A stretch of 64,000 nt of DNA from positions 434,001 through 498,000 of the forward strand of contig CM074823.1 of NCBI GenBank assembly GCA_037447605.1, in the 5' to 3' direction. A program made the position numbers and the translations under genes. The notes beneath the pieces are model-generated. The model did not search any database. It was not told the DNA's origin and saw nothing but the letters and a program-made list of their open reading frames with translations. Position 1 is the stretch's first letter. Every line of letters starts with the position of its first letter. This document shows positions 1 to 20,956 of the stretch, piece by piece. The DNA comes from Zygnema circumcarinatum SAG 698-1b. Lineage: Eukaryota > Plantae > Zygnematophyceae.

Positions 1-2842
1 CCACTATCCGCTGGACAAGTGCAACCGCCTTCGTCCTCAAACAACACCTCACTCCTCAAGGCGTGGATTACGCAAGGAGCTCTGTCAGTTGCAGATAACG
101 CGCTCGTTGTTCATCCTACGACTTTCGCACGAAAGAGAACCGCCCCCACCCTGAGAATAGGACGGCTCCTAGCGAAGCCCGGACGCATTATAAACCACCT
201 CATATGGTTTGGCAGGCCACGCAATGTAGGTGCGGTGACTAAGGCAGTTCAACACCCTCAAAGGCCCTCCGGCATTCGTGCGTCTAATGTAAGTGAGGAC
301 TGTGAGCGTGTCAGTCCGTCAAGGAGTAACAAGTTTGTTAACCTTGAAATAATTACTAAAATAGTCTGAAGTTGAGGAAGACCGCAACTGATGTAAATCA
401 GCCGGTGTTTCCATGTCCGAACTGGAATCACCTAGGCGGTCCCGCTTCGAATGCCCTGACCATTCAGGCATGTCTGCAGGTAAAGAAATTCACGTGGCAA
501 CCCTAAGTGACACTCCTCCACTCATAAAAATGATGCTTCCTCAGCGCTTCAAATACCTCTCCATGTAGTTTGTAAGATGGTCCTCAACCGTCTCACTACG
601 AGGATATCATCGAGGCACTAAACAAAGTCATCCATGCCAATGAATATCCCCGTTCATGACGGCCTAAAGTTGCCGGAGCATTAGTCAATCCAAAAGGTAA
701 AACTTTATACTTGAAGTGACTAAGAGTGCAGTGAACGCCGTCTTAGGGTATATCATATTGCTCACACGAATCTGATGACAACTGTGGCAGATCGAGTGAC
801 TGTGAATATCGCAGACCTTGGAACCCGTTCAGGAAGTCATGAAACACGTGGGTTGCAGACTGGGTCCCCAGAGTCACCTGTTGTCAGAGTCATGGCACAT
901 TTGCAAAGAACCATCTTTCTTCCCCACAAAGAGGATTGGAGCACCGAAAGGACTCTGGCTGGGTTCAATCCAACCTTTGTCTCTCAAGTTTGAGAGTTGC
1001 TTACGCATCTCTTCGGTCTCCTTGGGACTTAACCGATAAATCGGCCGCCACGGCGGCTTATGCCCAGGTTCCAAGGGAATAGTATGCCCGACACCTCGTG
1101 ACGGAGGCAATCCCCGAGGTAAGTCATCAGGAAAAATATCCCTGAATTCATCCAACAACGGTTGGATCCGAGATGGAACAGGTGACAACACATCCGTAGG
1201 TGTGACATGCCACTCTTGTTCCTCGTCATGAACATCTTCCGTGGTATCCATGACTTGTACCAAAAACAAGGTACATCGCCTTAACAACTTTAGCTGACCT
1301 ATGGCTGAACACTTGAAAAGGTGTACCAAGACCTGCTCAGGAGACATCTGGATCGAATGCTTGGGCCGGAGAGTTGTTTGTCGGATGCCACACCCAAACA
1401 CAAGTAGGTATGGAAAAATCCATCTGAGCCTTGACCATAGATAACCACTGACTTCCCAGAATAATATCTAGGCCAGGCGCCAGATTAGTGACCAAACACC
1501 GAATCTGCCCTGAGTAAGTCTGAATCTTCAGACGTGTGGTTATGGTTCCAAGGATTTGACCCTGTCTACCATCACCAAAAGTCACGACTTCGGTGAGAGG
1601 GGAGACAGACAAGTCAACAAGCTTAACAAGTACAGCACTAATGAAATTAGAATCAGCACCTGAATCAAGTAAAACTACTACAGATCTGCAGCCAATGAAA
1701 CCGTGAAAGGTCATTGCACGGTGTGCAAGGTTGAAGAGTGACCGCACACATACTGATGATGGAGAACATGAAGTCTCCTTTGTAGATTAAAATAATCCTG
1801 CTGATCAACCAGCAAACTGTGGGTATCCACCCCAATGTAGCATGGGATGTCCTTTTCGCCAGGTTTGATGAATTTCCAAGTCATATGGCCTAAAAGTCCC
1901 AATAGAAGCATGCAAGGTATCAATACACGCAAACTTGAGTATGATGAGTGATGCGCTGTCCAAAAGCAATAATGTACAATCATAAGAGACACATTATTGA
2001 AGGATTCAAAATCCAAATATCAATCGTCTCTTCCATTCATTTAGCAACATTCATGAAAGAGTCAGGAGTTCACCATTAAGTAATCATAATCAACTATTTA
2101 GATGCTCAGGATATAAAGTTACAATACATTATGGTCATCCGGCTGTCTGTTCATCACTTTCAAAATGTCAAGAGGTTGTGGTACAAGCAAGCCTCTAGAA
2201 CTGATGGCAGCAGCTGCAATCCTTAATCCATCTTCTCCACCCGCAGCGACTCCTACACTGCTGGTGGTGTGCCGTTTTCCGGCCCTTTTCCCTTCTTGTC
2301 CTTGATGCTTTGCGGACAGTCCTTCGCCATATGGCCAGACTGCCGGCATCGGAAACATCGTCCTTCCTTCTTCATCTTCTCCATTTCCTGTGGAGTAAGC
2401 TTCTGCACCTTCGCAGAAGGCTGTGGGGCAGAGGTTGCACTCGGCTTCCTCTTCTGCGGATTTGCCCCCTTAAGCTTTGGAAATAAAGGGAAGAGCTTCC
2501 GGTCTGCCTCTGGAGGTGGTGGACGTGAAGGCCCGGCGCTGCCGCCAGGAAAGGAATCAGCTTGCAAAGCCGCCGCATAGAAGAATTCTGCATCCACGGG
2601 CTCCCACGGTTGAGATGTACGTGGATTTAATCGCAATTCCTTCTTCAAATGCGGCTTCAGGCCCATCCAGAAGTGATAAAACACTGCTTCATCAGTAGGA
2701 CGATGTGTCTTAATGAGTGACACCATCATACGAAGATCTCGTAGGAACTTTTTGGCACTACCAGTTTGTACCATACTGTGGTACCTTTGACGCGCTTCCA
2801 TTCCAGGATCCAAGACCCCAAAATGACGCTCAAGTTCCTTGC
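1..2842 (-). mobile_element. Degenerate Ty3/Gypsy LTR retrotransposon, copy 1 (gag, aspartic protease, RT, start of RNase H region)
   Basis: Gag with zinc knuckle CFRCRQSGHMAKDC (ORF 2253-2842). Protease LLDSGADSNFI...LDIILGSQWL (1337-1747). RT N-terminus FPDDLPRGLPPSRGVGHTIPLEPG...GWIEPSQSPFGAPILFVGKKDGSL (874-1401). Degenerate 'CLDDILV' (YxDD-like) near 600-620. Frameshifts and stops throughout. Order gag-PR-RT is Gypsy-type. Confidence 0.93.
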
Positions 2843-2852
2843 NNNNNNNNNN

Positions 2853-3551
2853 ATATGCGAAGGTTGAGGACGAGCCGTCCTCCACACCAAGGTGTAGGGT
2901 GAGCCAACCAGCAAGCTGGTGGATCCTTCCATCTCTTGCACCAACGTGTGCCCTTTCCTCAACTGTTTCACCAACCGCCAAGTGGCGTTGGGAAAGGTGC
3001 GAACTGCCATGTGCTGAGAAATCAGCACATGCAGCCCAAGGATGTGGGATGTGTCCCGCATGACATGCAAAGCATCCATGGCACATTCCACCAAGACATC
3101 ATCGCCCATTACATTGAGGATAAAGACATGCCATTGACCATGCATCACTACACCCATGAATTTAGAAGGAGTCACCACAGTGGCAGGGGATAGAGGAATG
3201 GAATCCGGAAGCGCATTACAAACAATTAAGTCATGCACTCCGAAAGGTCTGCTCATCAATTTCACAATATCTAGAGGCCGAAGGAACAACAATTTCCTAA
3301 CTGTGATGGCAGCCACGTCTCCCTGATTCCCCTGCCTATCCTCCCCACCAGCAACGACTCCTAAGCTGCTGGTGGGTTGGGGTTTTCCGGCCCCTTGCCC
3401 TTCCTGTCCTTGGTGTTTAAAGGACAATCACGGGCCTTGTGACCCTCCTTCCTACAACGGAAACATTTGTTTTCCCGCTGCATCTTCTCCATTTCCTCTG
3501 GAGTCAACTTCTGCGGCCGTGTAGTGGGTGGGCGGGCAGCCACTTCCGGCT
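2853..3551 (-). mobile_element. Second, diverged Gypsy fragment (gag C-terminus plus start of pol), bounded by N gaps
   Basis: QKLTPEEMEKMQRENKCFRCRKEGHKARDC...KGKGPEN is clearly homologous to the copy-1 gag end. An overlapping -1-frame ORF (part of 2726-3427) follows. Confidence 0.88.
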
Positions 3552-3561
3552 NNNNNNNNNN

Positions 3562-5249
3562 ATATTTGGAGTGCGCTGATTGGTCGCAGCGCGAGTGCGG
3601 AGTACGGAGCGCAAAGCGGCTGAGTGCGCCGCGAGTGCGCGGAGTACTGACGAGCGAATCTAATTGGTCGCGGCGCGAGCGCGAAACGCGGAGGGAGAAG
3701 TTGCGGCGCGGAAACGACAAGGGAATGTCGGCGGCGAATCGAGACACGCCATGTGGACCACTCGCGGAGTGGGTTCGCTGGCTCGATTGTACGGCAGAAT
3801 GGTCGGCGGGCGAAGAATGCTACTGAGGGCTGGCGAAGCGGCGGAACTGTACGGATGGACAAGAACTAGGTCGGCGCCATCGTAGGTTTACGAGGCGCAC
3901 TAGCTGGTCGCTAATTCTGAGTGCGCCCACTCAGCGGAATGCAAGGGCCGGCCGTGACGTGACAATTGTGTCACGTCACATCGCCATGGTTGCTTAAGAG
4001 AGAGCAAGCTTGGCTCTCTCACTACTCACTCACTAACTCAAGCTCAACTCTCTCTGAATGTAATGCTGCTCTGTCGTTGGTTGTTTAGGAAGAGCAAGCA
4101 GAGGTTGAGGCGTAGAGGAGTCCGGCCTTGTGTATGAAGGTCGTGAGAACTAGCTCTCATCATGCTAAGCTTTAGTAATGAAGTTAGATGGTGTGTCCCG
4201 CATGTGTTGAGGTGGAGGAGGAGTTCAAGGAGGCAGTTAGTGCTTGGCTACTGCAGTTGGGGTGTAGGCTATCTATGAGAATAGGATAGTGCTCATGTAA
4301 GGAGGAGAATCTAGCATAAGGGATTATGTAGATTTCCTAAAGAGCTTGTATTACACTCTTGAAGTTTAAGGAGTTTTATGGCCGTGGGCTTTCTCCTTAT
4401 TACTGCATCATTTGTCATGTGAGTCCTCGTGTTGGATTGACGTGGTGGATGAGTGGAGGCAGCCATTGTATGGGCGGTGTGTTGCTCCACATGAGGAGAT
4501 CATTGAAGAAGCGTGGACTTGAGGAGCCGAGACCATGGAGGAGTTGAAGTGTTCTTGTAGGTGACGCGTTTAGTTTTCCGCTGTGCGCACCTGGCAAGGG
4601 GTGGATGGAAGGCAGTTCGTGGAGGAAGCGGTATGTGGCCCAAGTGGAAGATGAAGAAAGATTTGAGCTTCATCCGGGCATGTATTTATCCCTTCCTTGA
4701 AGTCTGCCCCCTCGGGCCCTCCTTGCACCAACAACCACTTGTTGAAGCAGGGGTCTGCTCCCCACTTCCGGCGCCACCTCGGGTGTCGCCCTCCATTGGA
4801 ACTTGAGTTCCCACGGATGAAGACATTCAAACACTCAAAGCTCTATCTTACTTCACTCATCGCCCATAACAACAGAATGAAGCTAAAAGACAAGCACAGC
4901 GGAAATCACAATGAGAGAGTGTTAGGAGAAAGCTCACGGCTCTAAAACTCCTTATAATAAAACTGTCTTCCCACAATGAAGTTCTCCCACCACTTCAAGG
5001 TCCCTCTTACTCACTACCTCACGACACAAGTGTAGGCAGCCTAGCAGCACGAGCAGGTTCTGAGTAAGACCCGAGACTATGACAGAGTAGTGTAGGTGGA
5101 TTACTTCCCANNNNNNNNNNTGACGCGGTTCCGCCGACATCACCGACATCCTCCGCGCCCGAAAAGCGTACGGGCCACCGACATTTGGCCCGACCGTATT
5201 TCCTAGGAACACTACTAGCAGATCTCATGTTTCCCAACTGAGGACCACA
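3562..5249. mobile_element. LTR-like / retroelement-derived non-coding sequence
   Basis: Adjacent to the gag fragments. LTR-type termini ...GTGACA (3964) and TGTCAC... (3969) lie back to back, and another ...ACCACA end occurs at ~5249. No host-gene similarity recognised. Confidence 0.4.
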
Positions 5250-5399
5250 ACAATGTTAGTGTGAACCCGTACAATGTCTAACTATAGCACACTAACACTA
5301 ACAGCCTTTTGATGCAGATAATCAAACCATTGATCAAAAAATGAATGCTTCAGAGATGTGCTTTTAAAGGTTTAGGTTTTTTAAGGGTTATGAGGGTTT

Positions 5400-5575
5400 T
5401 AAGCTGACGTGAAATAGAGAAGGATTTAGAGAAGCGTGCGCAGGTCCTACTAGTCTTGCATGATTGAATCTGATGAGACTGAACTGAGAATTTCCAGCTT
5501 ATCGATACCACTGCTGATTGAGAATGATTGAATGTGGTGTGCTCTCTCATTCACTCCCTCTCACTCTCGCTCATT
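5400..5575 (+). repeat. Inverted copy of the PGM upstream/5' region (partner at ~16125-16300, minus strand)
   Basis: aagctgacgt...aagcgtgcgcaggtcct...tgatgagactg...cttatcgatacca...ctgattgagaatgat...gtgctctctc...ttcactccctc matches the reverse complement of 16125-16300. Confidence 0.8.
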
Positions 5576-5968
5576 CTCTCTTTCCTCTCCTTTCCCTATT
5601 TCTCTCTTTGTCTCACTCCCTCTCCCTCTCCCTCCTCGTCGCCCTCTCTCTCTCATTCTTTCTTCATCCCTCCCCTTCCATCTCCTTTCTTCCACTCCTT
5701 TCTTTCATTCTTTTTCTCCCTCCGTCTAACTCCCTCTCCCTCTTTCCTCTCTCCCTCTCCATTTCTTGCCTCCTCTTTCTTATCCTCTTCCTTTCTCCCT
5801 CTTCCCCCCCCCCCCCACTCCGAAAGGTAGCCAAAAATTGGTCTGCGCTTGGTATCGAGCTTTAGTCAACTTGCGGGGGACTAAGAACTGAACAACTCAC
5901 CGTACACTACTTTCATACCGTCCGTACGGTTTCTACAAGAACGTACGGATAAGAGCAAGACCGTACTG

Positions 5969-6856
5969 CAGGCCTCTTCAAATAGGGGAGATCCCCTAAA
6001 TATCGTAAATAGCTTATTTATGTAAGATTTTGAGATTAGTTTACGTGATTTCAACTTAAATACCACACAAGCCCCAAAAAAGCATTTTTTTGGTTAAAAA
6101 CAAAAAGGAAATGAATTGCATTTTTGCAACCACGATAGCAATGATGTATATGAACTTTACTTGTTGGTATAACAACACGGCTTTAGAAACTGGTGCAACC
6201 TCTTCGACTCTTATAGATTGGTAAATTTTACCAATCAATTAGAACAACTGTGCATTTGGCAATCACAATATATAGTTGCTTATTCAAAAACCCAATTGCA
6301 CGGAAACTTTGTAGATCTAATCCTAAGCTCTCTATTTCTTTTTCCATCCATCATTAATTACTCCAAGTATCACTTTAGAATCCATCATAGTCTTGAAATT
6401 TCCTCACAAAAACTCTATTCCAAATCATAACCTCTGAAATTCTAGGTGTAGTCACAAAAGAAAAACTGAAATAGGAACTAAAATTAGAAATGAAATGAAA
6501 AATGGTCTCACTCCCTTAAGAGTTTTAGGCTGAACAAGACAGCTATAGAAGTGATGCTAATTACTCAAAGAGACCCTCAAAGAGCAGTCAAACTATCAAA
6601 CTGTTTGCAGTGAAGAATGCCTTCCAATGAAAAGTCTGTCAACCTCTTTCGAAACTCTGTCTTTCTCCCATCCAATTACTGAAAAATCAGACTCGACGGT
6701 AGCAGTGTTTGGAAATGATGAAGCAAGGTCTCCACAAAATTCTCGTCCGTACGTGCACGGTTTCGTCCGTACAGTCCATATTTACGTGTTTTTACAAAAC
6801 CAAGTTAGGGGACAGTCCCCTATCTTAAGCCGAAATCCCCTATTTGAAGAGGCCTG
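5969..6856. mobile_element. Non-autonomous hAT-superfamily DNA transposon (888 bp)
   Basis: Perfect 21-bp TIRs CAGGCCTCTTCAAATAGGGGA (5969-5989 and reverse complement 6836-6856). Flanked by an identical 8-bp TSD CCGTACTG (5961-5968, 6857-6864). An 8-bp TSD with CAGG termini is typical of hAT. Confidence 0.9.
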
Positions 6857-7019
6857 CCGTACTGCCTAAAGACTGAAGACAACTCGAACAGTCGAACGTT
6901 GGTTGGCCGGTCACATCAAAGAAATCCGTAGTAAATATGCCCTTAAAATAAAAAGTAGGGATGGCAATATACTTTTTACCTCCTCGCACCCTCTTCCGCT
7001 CTCCCTCCATTCACACTCT

Positions 7020-7690
7020 CCCTCCTATCTCCTCTCCTCACGTCACTGCCCCCCTCCCCATCACAACTTCATTTAATCCCCCACCAACATCCCCTCACGC
7101 CCCCCATTCCTCCTCTCCATTCCCCTCCTTTTCCCCATGCAGCACCGGCGAACAATTTTTCTCGACCCTCTCTCCCTCTTGCCAACCCTGATCCCTTTCC
7201 CCCTTCCATCCCTCTCGTTCAACTCTCCCATTCCTCCTCGCGCCCCCTCCCTTCCCACATTCACACAATCTCCTCTTCCCTCCCTTGCATCACGTCACTA
7301 CCCCACCCCCCAGCACAACTTCATCTAATCCCCACACTACCCCCCCCCCCCCCCAACATCCCCTCACGCCCCCCATTTCCTCCTCTCCATTCCCCTCCTT
7401 TTCCTCATGCAGCACCGGCGAACAATGTCCCTCCTTGTCTTTCCCGACCCTCTCTCTCTCTTGCCAACCCTTCTCCCTTCCCCCCTTCCACCCCTCTCGC
7501 TCAACTCTTCCATCCCTCCTCGCGCCCCCTCCCTCCCCACATTCACAGACTCTCCTCTTTCTTCCCTCACATCACGTCACTACCCCCCCCCCCCCCATCA
7601 CAACTTCATCTAATCCCCACACTACCCCTCCCCTATCCCCCCCCCCCCCCCCACCAACATCCCCTCACGCCCCCCACGCCCCCCACGTTT
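7020..7690. repeat. Pyrimidine-rich tandem duplication (~250-280 bp unit, ~2.5 copies)
   Basis: cacgtcact...cacaacttcat recurs at ~7040, ~7290 and ~7572, and tgcagcaccggcgaacaat recurs at ~7138 and ~7408. Confidence 0.75.
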
Positions 7691-8117
7691 TTTTTTCCCA
7701 ATCCACAGCACCACCCTCATGACCATGCCATCCACCTTCTCACCCACTCACGCTTGCCCACAAAAACCAAGCTTCAATTTCCACAAACTCGGTTTGTAAT
7801 AACAAACTCAGTTTTGAATAACAAACTCCGTCGGCCCCCTTCTCCTCGTCACAGAAACGGGCATGTCGCCACCACTGCTTATCACCCTCAAGAAAAAGTG
7901 GAAACAAGAGAAACTGATCAACACTCTCCTCCAAAGGAGCCTTTCCCTCCCATATAGAGGCAGTAGTAGTGGTAACGGTAGTGGTAGTGGAATTGGCCCT
8001 ACACTTCATGCTCCACACTCAGGCAAAAACTTAAAACTTCAACAAATCGTGAATAGTGACGCTCTCTGAGGGGTGCAAGTCCGTCACATCAGATCTCATA
8101 TTATGCTAAACATCCCT

Positions 8118-15810
<7,693 letters not shown>

Positions 15811-16639
15811 GTTTGCTGCTCTTTTTCAAAAACGAATAAAAAAATGTTGCGCTGCCCCTCTCAAAAAGAGAAAACATAGAAGAAATTACAACTAAAGACA
15901 AAAGAACTTAAAAAAAAGGTGAATGACAAGAGACTGCATCCTGTGCAAGAACGTTACACACTGTGTGAGAGCGAGAGAGGGACAGAGAGAGAGAAAGATA
16001 GTGATGGGGAGGGGGAGGGGGAGGAGAGGGCGGGAGGGGGAGGGGGAGGAGGGGAGGGGGAGGGGAAGTGGGGTAGGGGGAGGGATAAAAAGGGAGAGGG
16101 GGAGGGGGAGAGGGAGAGAGGACGAGAAAGCGAGTGAGAGAGGGAGTGAATGAGAGCGAGAGAGCACAGCATATTCGATCATTCTCAATCAGGACTGGTA
16201 TCGATAAGCAGTCTCATCAGAAACAATCATGCAAAACTATTTATCAGTAACAGGACCTGCGCACGCTTGCCTGAATCTTTCTCTTTTTGACGTCAGCTTA
16301 TGATGCACGACGACTTTACTTCATTGCCAAAAAATCTCATTATTTCCATCTTGACAAATGAAAATAATAACGAATATCTCCCTCACTCTCTCTAACTCTC
16401 TCTCCCTCCCTCTCTCTTTCTCTGATCCAATGGTTGAACACATTGGATCAGCAGAAAATGGCCAATCCTTGTTAGCCAACGGTTGGTTCAGCCATGGCTG
16501 ATTAGTTCGCCAATGGTTGGTAGCATTGACAATGAGTTTGACAGAAATAGTTTGCGAGCACACTGCAGCTTTTGATCCAATGGTTGAACAGTTCCAATGA
16601 TTGATCCGATGGTTGATCAAATGGTTGGAATCATCAGCT

Positions 16640-17095
16640 TCAAATACAAGCTCAAACAAATCCTATTATTTGCTGAAATATGTCAAACTGCAATAAGCAA
16701 TACTGATTTATTTGCATTAAAATAAAAGCTTAAATAAATCCTAATATCGGCTGAAAAATATCAATAGTTCAAGTTCAAAAAATCAAGAAACATTCAGAGT
16801 CAAAAATGGCAGGAGGTGATTTCTAGTGCCAGCTGGCGCCTTCCAGACACCTTGCCAGCTGGCACCTGTTTGATAAATCTTATTCTTTGCTGAAAAATAT
16901 CAACTGCATACGAAATATTCATTATTTGCTTCAACTGCAACTTCATACATCTTATTATCTGCTGAAATATATCAAGTTCAATCATAAACATTCAGAGTCT
17001 GGCAGGAAATGGTCTCAGTAGATCAGGAGATCATCAAGAGATGATTTCCAGCGCCAGCTGGCACCTTGAAGACACCTTGCCAGTTGGCAGCTCTT
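16640..17095. repeat. ~200-bp tandem duplication upstream of PGM
   Basis: ctgaaaaatatcaa...ttcagagt...gccagctggc(g/a)cctt...gacaccttgccag(c/t)tggca occurs twice (~16750-16866 and ~16960-17090). Confidence 0.65.
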
Positions 17096-17489
17096 TGGAC
17101 AGCAAAAAAAAAAAAAAGGGCAAAACACCACAAAATAAAAAATGGGAAGATTATCTTCCTGTGGTTCTGACAACAACTTGCGAAAGCTGAGGTCAGGAGC
17201 TTACGGAGTCTGATCCCTCTCTCTCACTCTCCCCCTCTCCTTCTCTATCTCCTCTCCCTCTCGCAGTCTCCCTCTCCCTGAATCCCTCTTCCTCTTCCTC
17301 TCCCTCTCGCAGTCTCCCTCTCCCTGAATCCCTCTTCCTCTTCCTCTCCCTCTCCCTCTTCCTCTCTCCTTCCCTCTCTCCTTCCCTCTCTCTCGCCCTG
17401 TCGCTCTCTCCCTCTCCCTCTCTCCCTCCCTGACTGTTCCCACAGCAGTCCTTGCCAGGAGGCCCAGGACTCAACTGCCATCAGGTGAC

Positions 17490-18420
17490 CGTACGGAACT
17501 GTACACGTGGCAGAAAATTGCTCAAATGGCCGACCTACGGTTCTTTAGCCCCTTTTCTTTTCCATTTTTTTTTGGAGGCCTTCTGGACCAATAAAGTCCT
17601 TTGTCCATTACACGCGGTGGCTAAATTTCACCAATGGAAAAACGCCACGTCATCAAAATGTGCTAGTGGCGGCTTTTGATTGGACAGCTCGACTGAATTC
17701 ATTTTTCAAAAAAAGGAACCTGATTTTCTAGGATACGGTGCTACAAACCACAAACTGAAAACCAGACACTGGTTTTTGGTCACAAAACTCGGGTGGTGGC
17801 CACGGCGAAGCCCGGATTAAATTTCGTCCAATCAGGGTGCCACGTCAGAAACATGGACACGTGACATTCATTCATTGGCTACGAAACCCGGCAATTTGAG
17901 AGCAGATTGCCACTCTCAAACCCGAAATCGGCAACCGCCTAAAAAAAAAAAAAAAACTGCGGAATATTCTCCGTGCTTGGAATCTTCCCAATTATGTGCC
18001 TAGGCCTAGGTCTAGACCTAGACCTAGATCTTGATATAGGCCTATGACTAGACGCACACCAAAAGTGATACGTGCACATCAAAAAACTTCCCCAACCAAT
18101 CCGGGCTCGTGTAGAGATCTTGCCAACTATCCGTACATCACATATGACAACGCTTGCCGCCCGCTCGACCAGCCGGCCATTTGTACGAACAGCCGGTTTG
18201 CAGCCGGCCGTCGCCCTCCGTTGAAACCTGGCCGACTAATGGACAGGTTTCAGGTTCTGATTGATCCACGTGTCACCATTGTTTGTGCGTACAGTGAGAG
18301 ATGGATGTGCTGTTAACTTTTTAAGGCGCGGAAAGTGATGACGTGGCGGGTTATTATTGGCCTTTGCCCGGGCATGGGCGGAGGCGGCCAACGCCGATTG
18401 GCTGAGGGCCACGCGCGCGA
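17490..18420. promoter_or_regulatory. Intergenic region between the divergent PGM and MFS genes with CCAAT-N10-CACG (ERSE-like) and G-box/ACGT motifs
   Basis: Perfect CCAAT-N10-CACG at 17631-17649 (+), 17860-17878 (-) and 18342-18360 (-). Several GCCACGTCA and CACGTG motifs. Confidence 0.55.
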
Positions 18421-18784
18421 GTGCGGCACCGACACCACCGACATAGTGGAGGCGGGACAGCGCCGGGGGGGAGGGAGGGGGGAGAGGGAGAGGGAGAGGG
18501 AGAGGGAGAGGGAGAGGAAGGGGGAGAGTGAGGGAGAGAGGGAGAGGGAGGAGAGAGGGAGAGGGAGGAGAGAGAGGAGAGAGAGGAGAGAGTGGAGAGG
18601 GGAGGGAGAGAGAGGGAGAGAGAGGAAGAGGAAGAGGAAGAGGGAGAGAGAGAGGGAGAGGGAGTGGGAGACGAGAGAGAGGAGAGATAGCGAGGGGTAG
18701 ATGAAAGGGGAGAGGAGTTAAAGGAGATTGGTTTAGGGAGAGAGGAAGGGAAGGTGAGAGGGGGAGAGGGGTGGGGGAAAGAGG

Positions 18785-20925
18785 ATGAGAGAGAAAGGGA
18801 TGGAGGGAGTGAAATGGCTCTGGACTCAGAACAAGTGGATGGCGCTGGTTGGCTGCATGTGGCTGCTCACCAGCAGCGGGATCATGTACGACTTCTCTAT
18901 CTTCTCCGAGTCGCTCAAGGTGAGGGAGGGAAGGAGGGAGGGAGGGAGGGAGGNNNNNNNNNNGGGAGGGACGGAGAGAGAGAGGAAGGGAGAGGAAGGG
19001 GAGGGTGTGCGAAAAGTGGGAGGAAAGGTGGAAGAGAGTGACGGGGGAGAAAAGAAGCAATTGAGATACATGATAGGAGAATTGGAGGGATTCTGGGAGA
19101 GAGGGCGGTGGGGGAGCAATATGAGAGCGGGAGGGGGGAGAAGGAAGGTAAGAGTAGGGATAGATGTAGGGGGCAGATACGGGGGGGAGAAAAGAGAGAG
19201 ACAGGAACCAGGTAGAGAAGGAGGGGAATGAAAAGAAAGGAGGAGAGAAATGAAGGTGGAGGAGTTAGTAAGGGGGGGAGGGCGGACATGGGAAGGGAGG
19301 AGATGGAGGGAGGGATGTAAGGAGAGAGGCAGGAGGAAGGAGGTGCAGGAGGAGAGAGAGCGTATGGAGGGGGGAGGGAGGGAGAGAGCGAGCCCCCGTT
19401 TTTTTTTTTTGTCAAAACTGAATGAAACTAGATGAACACTTCAAATTTCATTCAAATTTTTATTTGTTTTTCTCAATTGGTCGAAATTGTTGCGGAGTAT
19501 TGATTCTTGGCAGGATGTATTGGGCTACACCCAAGTCGAGCTCAACTTGGTGGGTACTGCTTCCGATACTGGCGGGACGCTCGGATTGGCCGCCGGGATC
19601 CTCTCCCTGTACTTGCCCCCCTGGGGGATGCTCCTTTGCGGGGCGGGCTGTGTGAGCTCATATACCCCATTTGTACCCCAATTCTACCCCAATTATATCC
19701 CCCATTTAAGGTCTTTTTTACACCATTTGAAGTTCAGTTGTAATGTGTGAGCCCATGTGCCGATTTGTAACCCAATTTTACCCCATGCGTACCCCAATTA
19801 CCCCATTTGTACCCCAAGTGTAGCCCATATGTACCTCAATTCGACCCCATCTGTAACTCCAGCTATAGGTCCTTTTTACACCATTTATATTTTGTTGTAA
19901 TATGTTTGAGCCCGGATGCCCCATTTGTACCCCAATGCTATGCACCAATATACTTCATTTTTACCGCATTTTACAGCGCAGATCAGCTTCGCTCAGCTCA
20001 ACTTAACTGTATACCCCATTTGTACCCCAATTGCTCCCAGCTTGACCGCATTCAAAGCCTAAATTTAAATATTGATCATAATACCACTGGAAAGTATTCA
20101 CTTTACAAAGGCATGCTAACACGTGTATAATGTGATGACGTGGCAGAACCTGGTTGGCTACGGATCGCTTTGGCTTGTAGCCAATGGAATTATTCCTCCC
20201 TTGCCCCTTTGGACGGTACGCCAAAAAAAAAATTCGCCCCTNNNNNNNNNNGTGGAAAGGGGGGGAGGGGAGAGGCGGAGAGCGGGAGAGGGGGAGTGGG
20301 TGGGGGAAGGGAGAGGGAGGGAAGGGAGAGGAAGAAAGGGGGGGTGAGGGGGGAGAGGGTGGGGGAAGGGGGGAGGGATAAAGGGGGGGAGGGGAGAGGG
20401 GTGGGGGAAGGGAGTGGGATGGGGAGAGGAATAGGGAGGGGGGAGCGGGCGGGGGAAGGGGGGAGGGATGGAAAGGGGGGAAGGGGAGAGGGGGAGTTGG
20501 TGGGGGAAAGGGAATGAAGGAGGGGACGTGGGGGGGGGAGGGGGGGGAAGTGGAGAGGGGGAAATGAGGGGAGTGGGGGAAATGAGATTTTGGAGAATTA
20601 TGGTATTTGGGGTTTTTTTCTTGCGGTACCTCCCGGCACCCGGCTATTGAAGTTTTGTGTTCTTGGATCGTTTTTTTTTGTTTTTTGGGTTTTGGAGATA
20701 GTTCTGGGGTTTTCGGGTTTTGGTGTTTTGGGGTTCTTGCGTTTTTGGGGTTTGAATTTTGAGAGAGAGAAAGAGATTGAGAAGAAGAGGAATGGGGACT
20801 GGAATAGAGCGATAGTTAGGACAGGAGTAGGGGAATGAGAGGAGAGGGAACAAACATTGTCACGAAAGCGACAAAGGAGAACAGACAGGGATACACAGAG
20901 AGAGAGGTTGAACACTATCTCACAA

Positions 20926-20956
<31 letters not shown>

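Noticed and set aside
5850-5862. tRNA-Met primer-binding site (TGGTATCGAGC)
   Set aside because: Imperfect match with no adjacent LTR end or downstream gag on that strand.
18335-18700. Separate upstream ORF or N-terminal extension of the MFS gene
   Set aside because: Runs into GA repeats and stops. It overlaps promoter-like motifs and has no recognisable homology.
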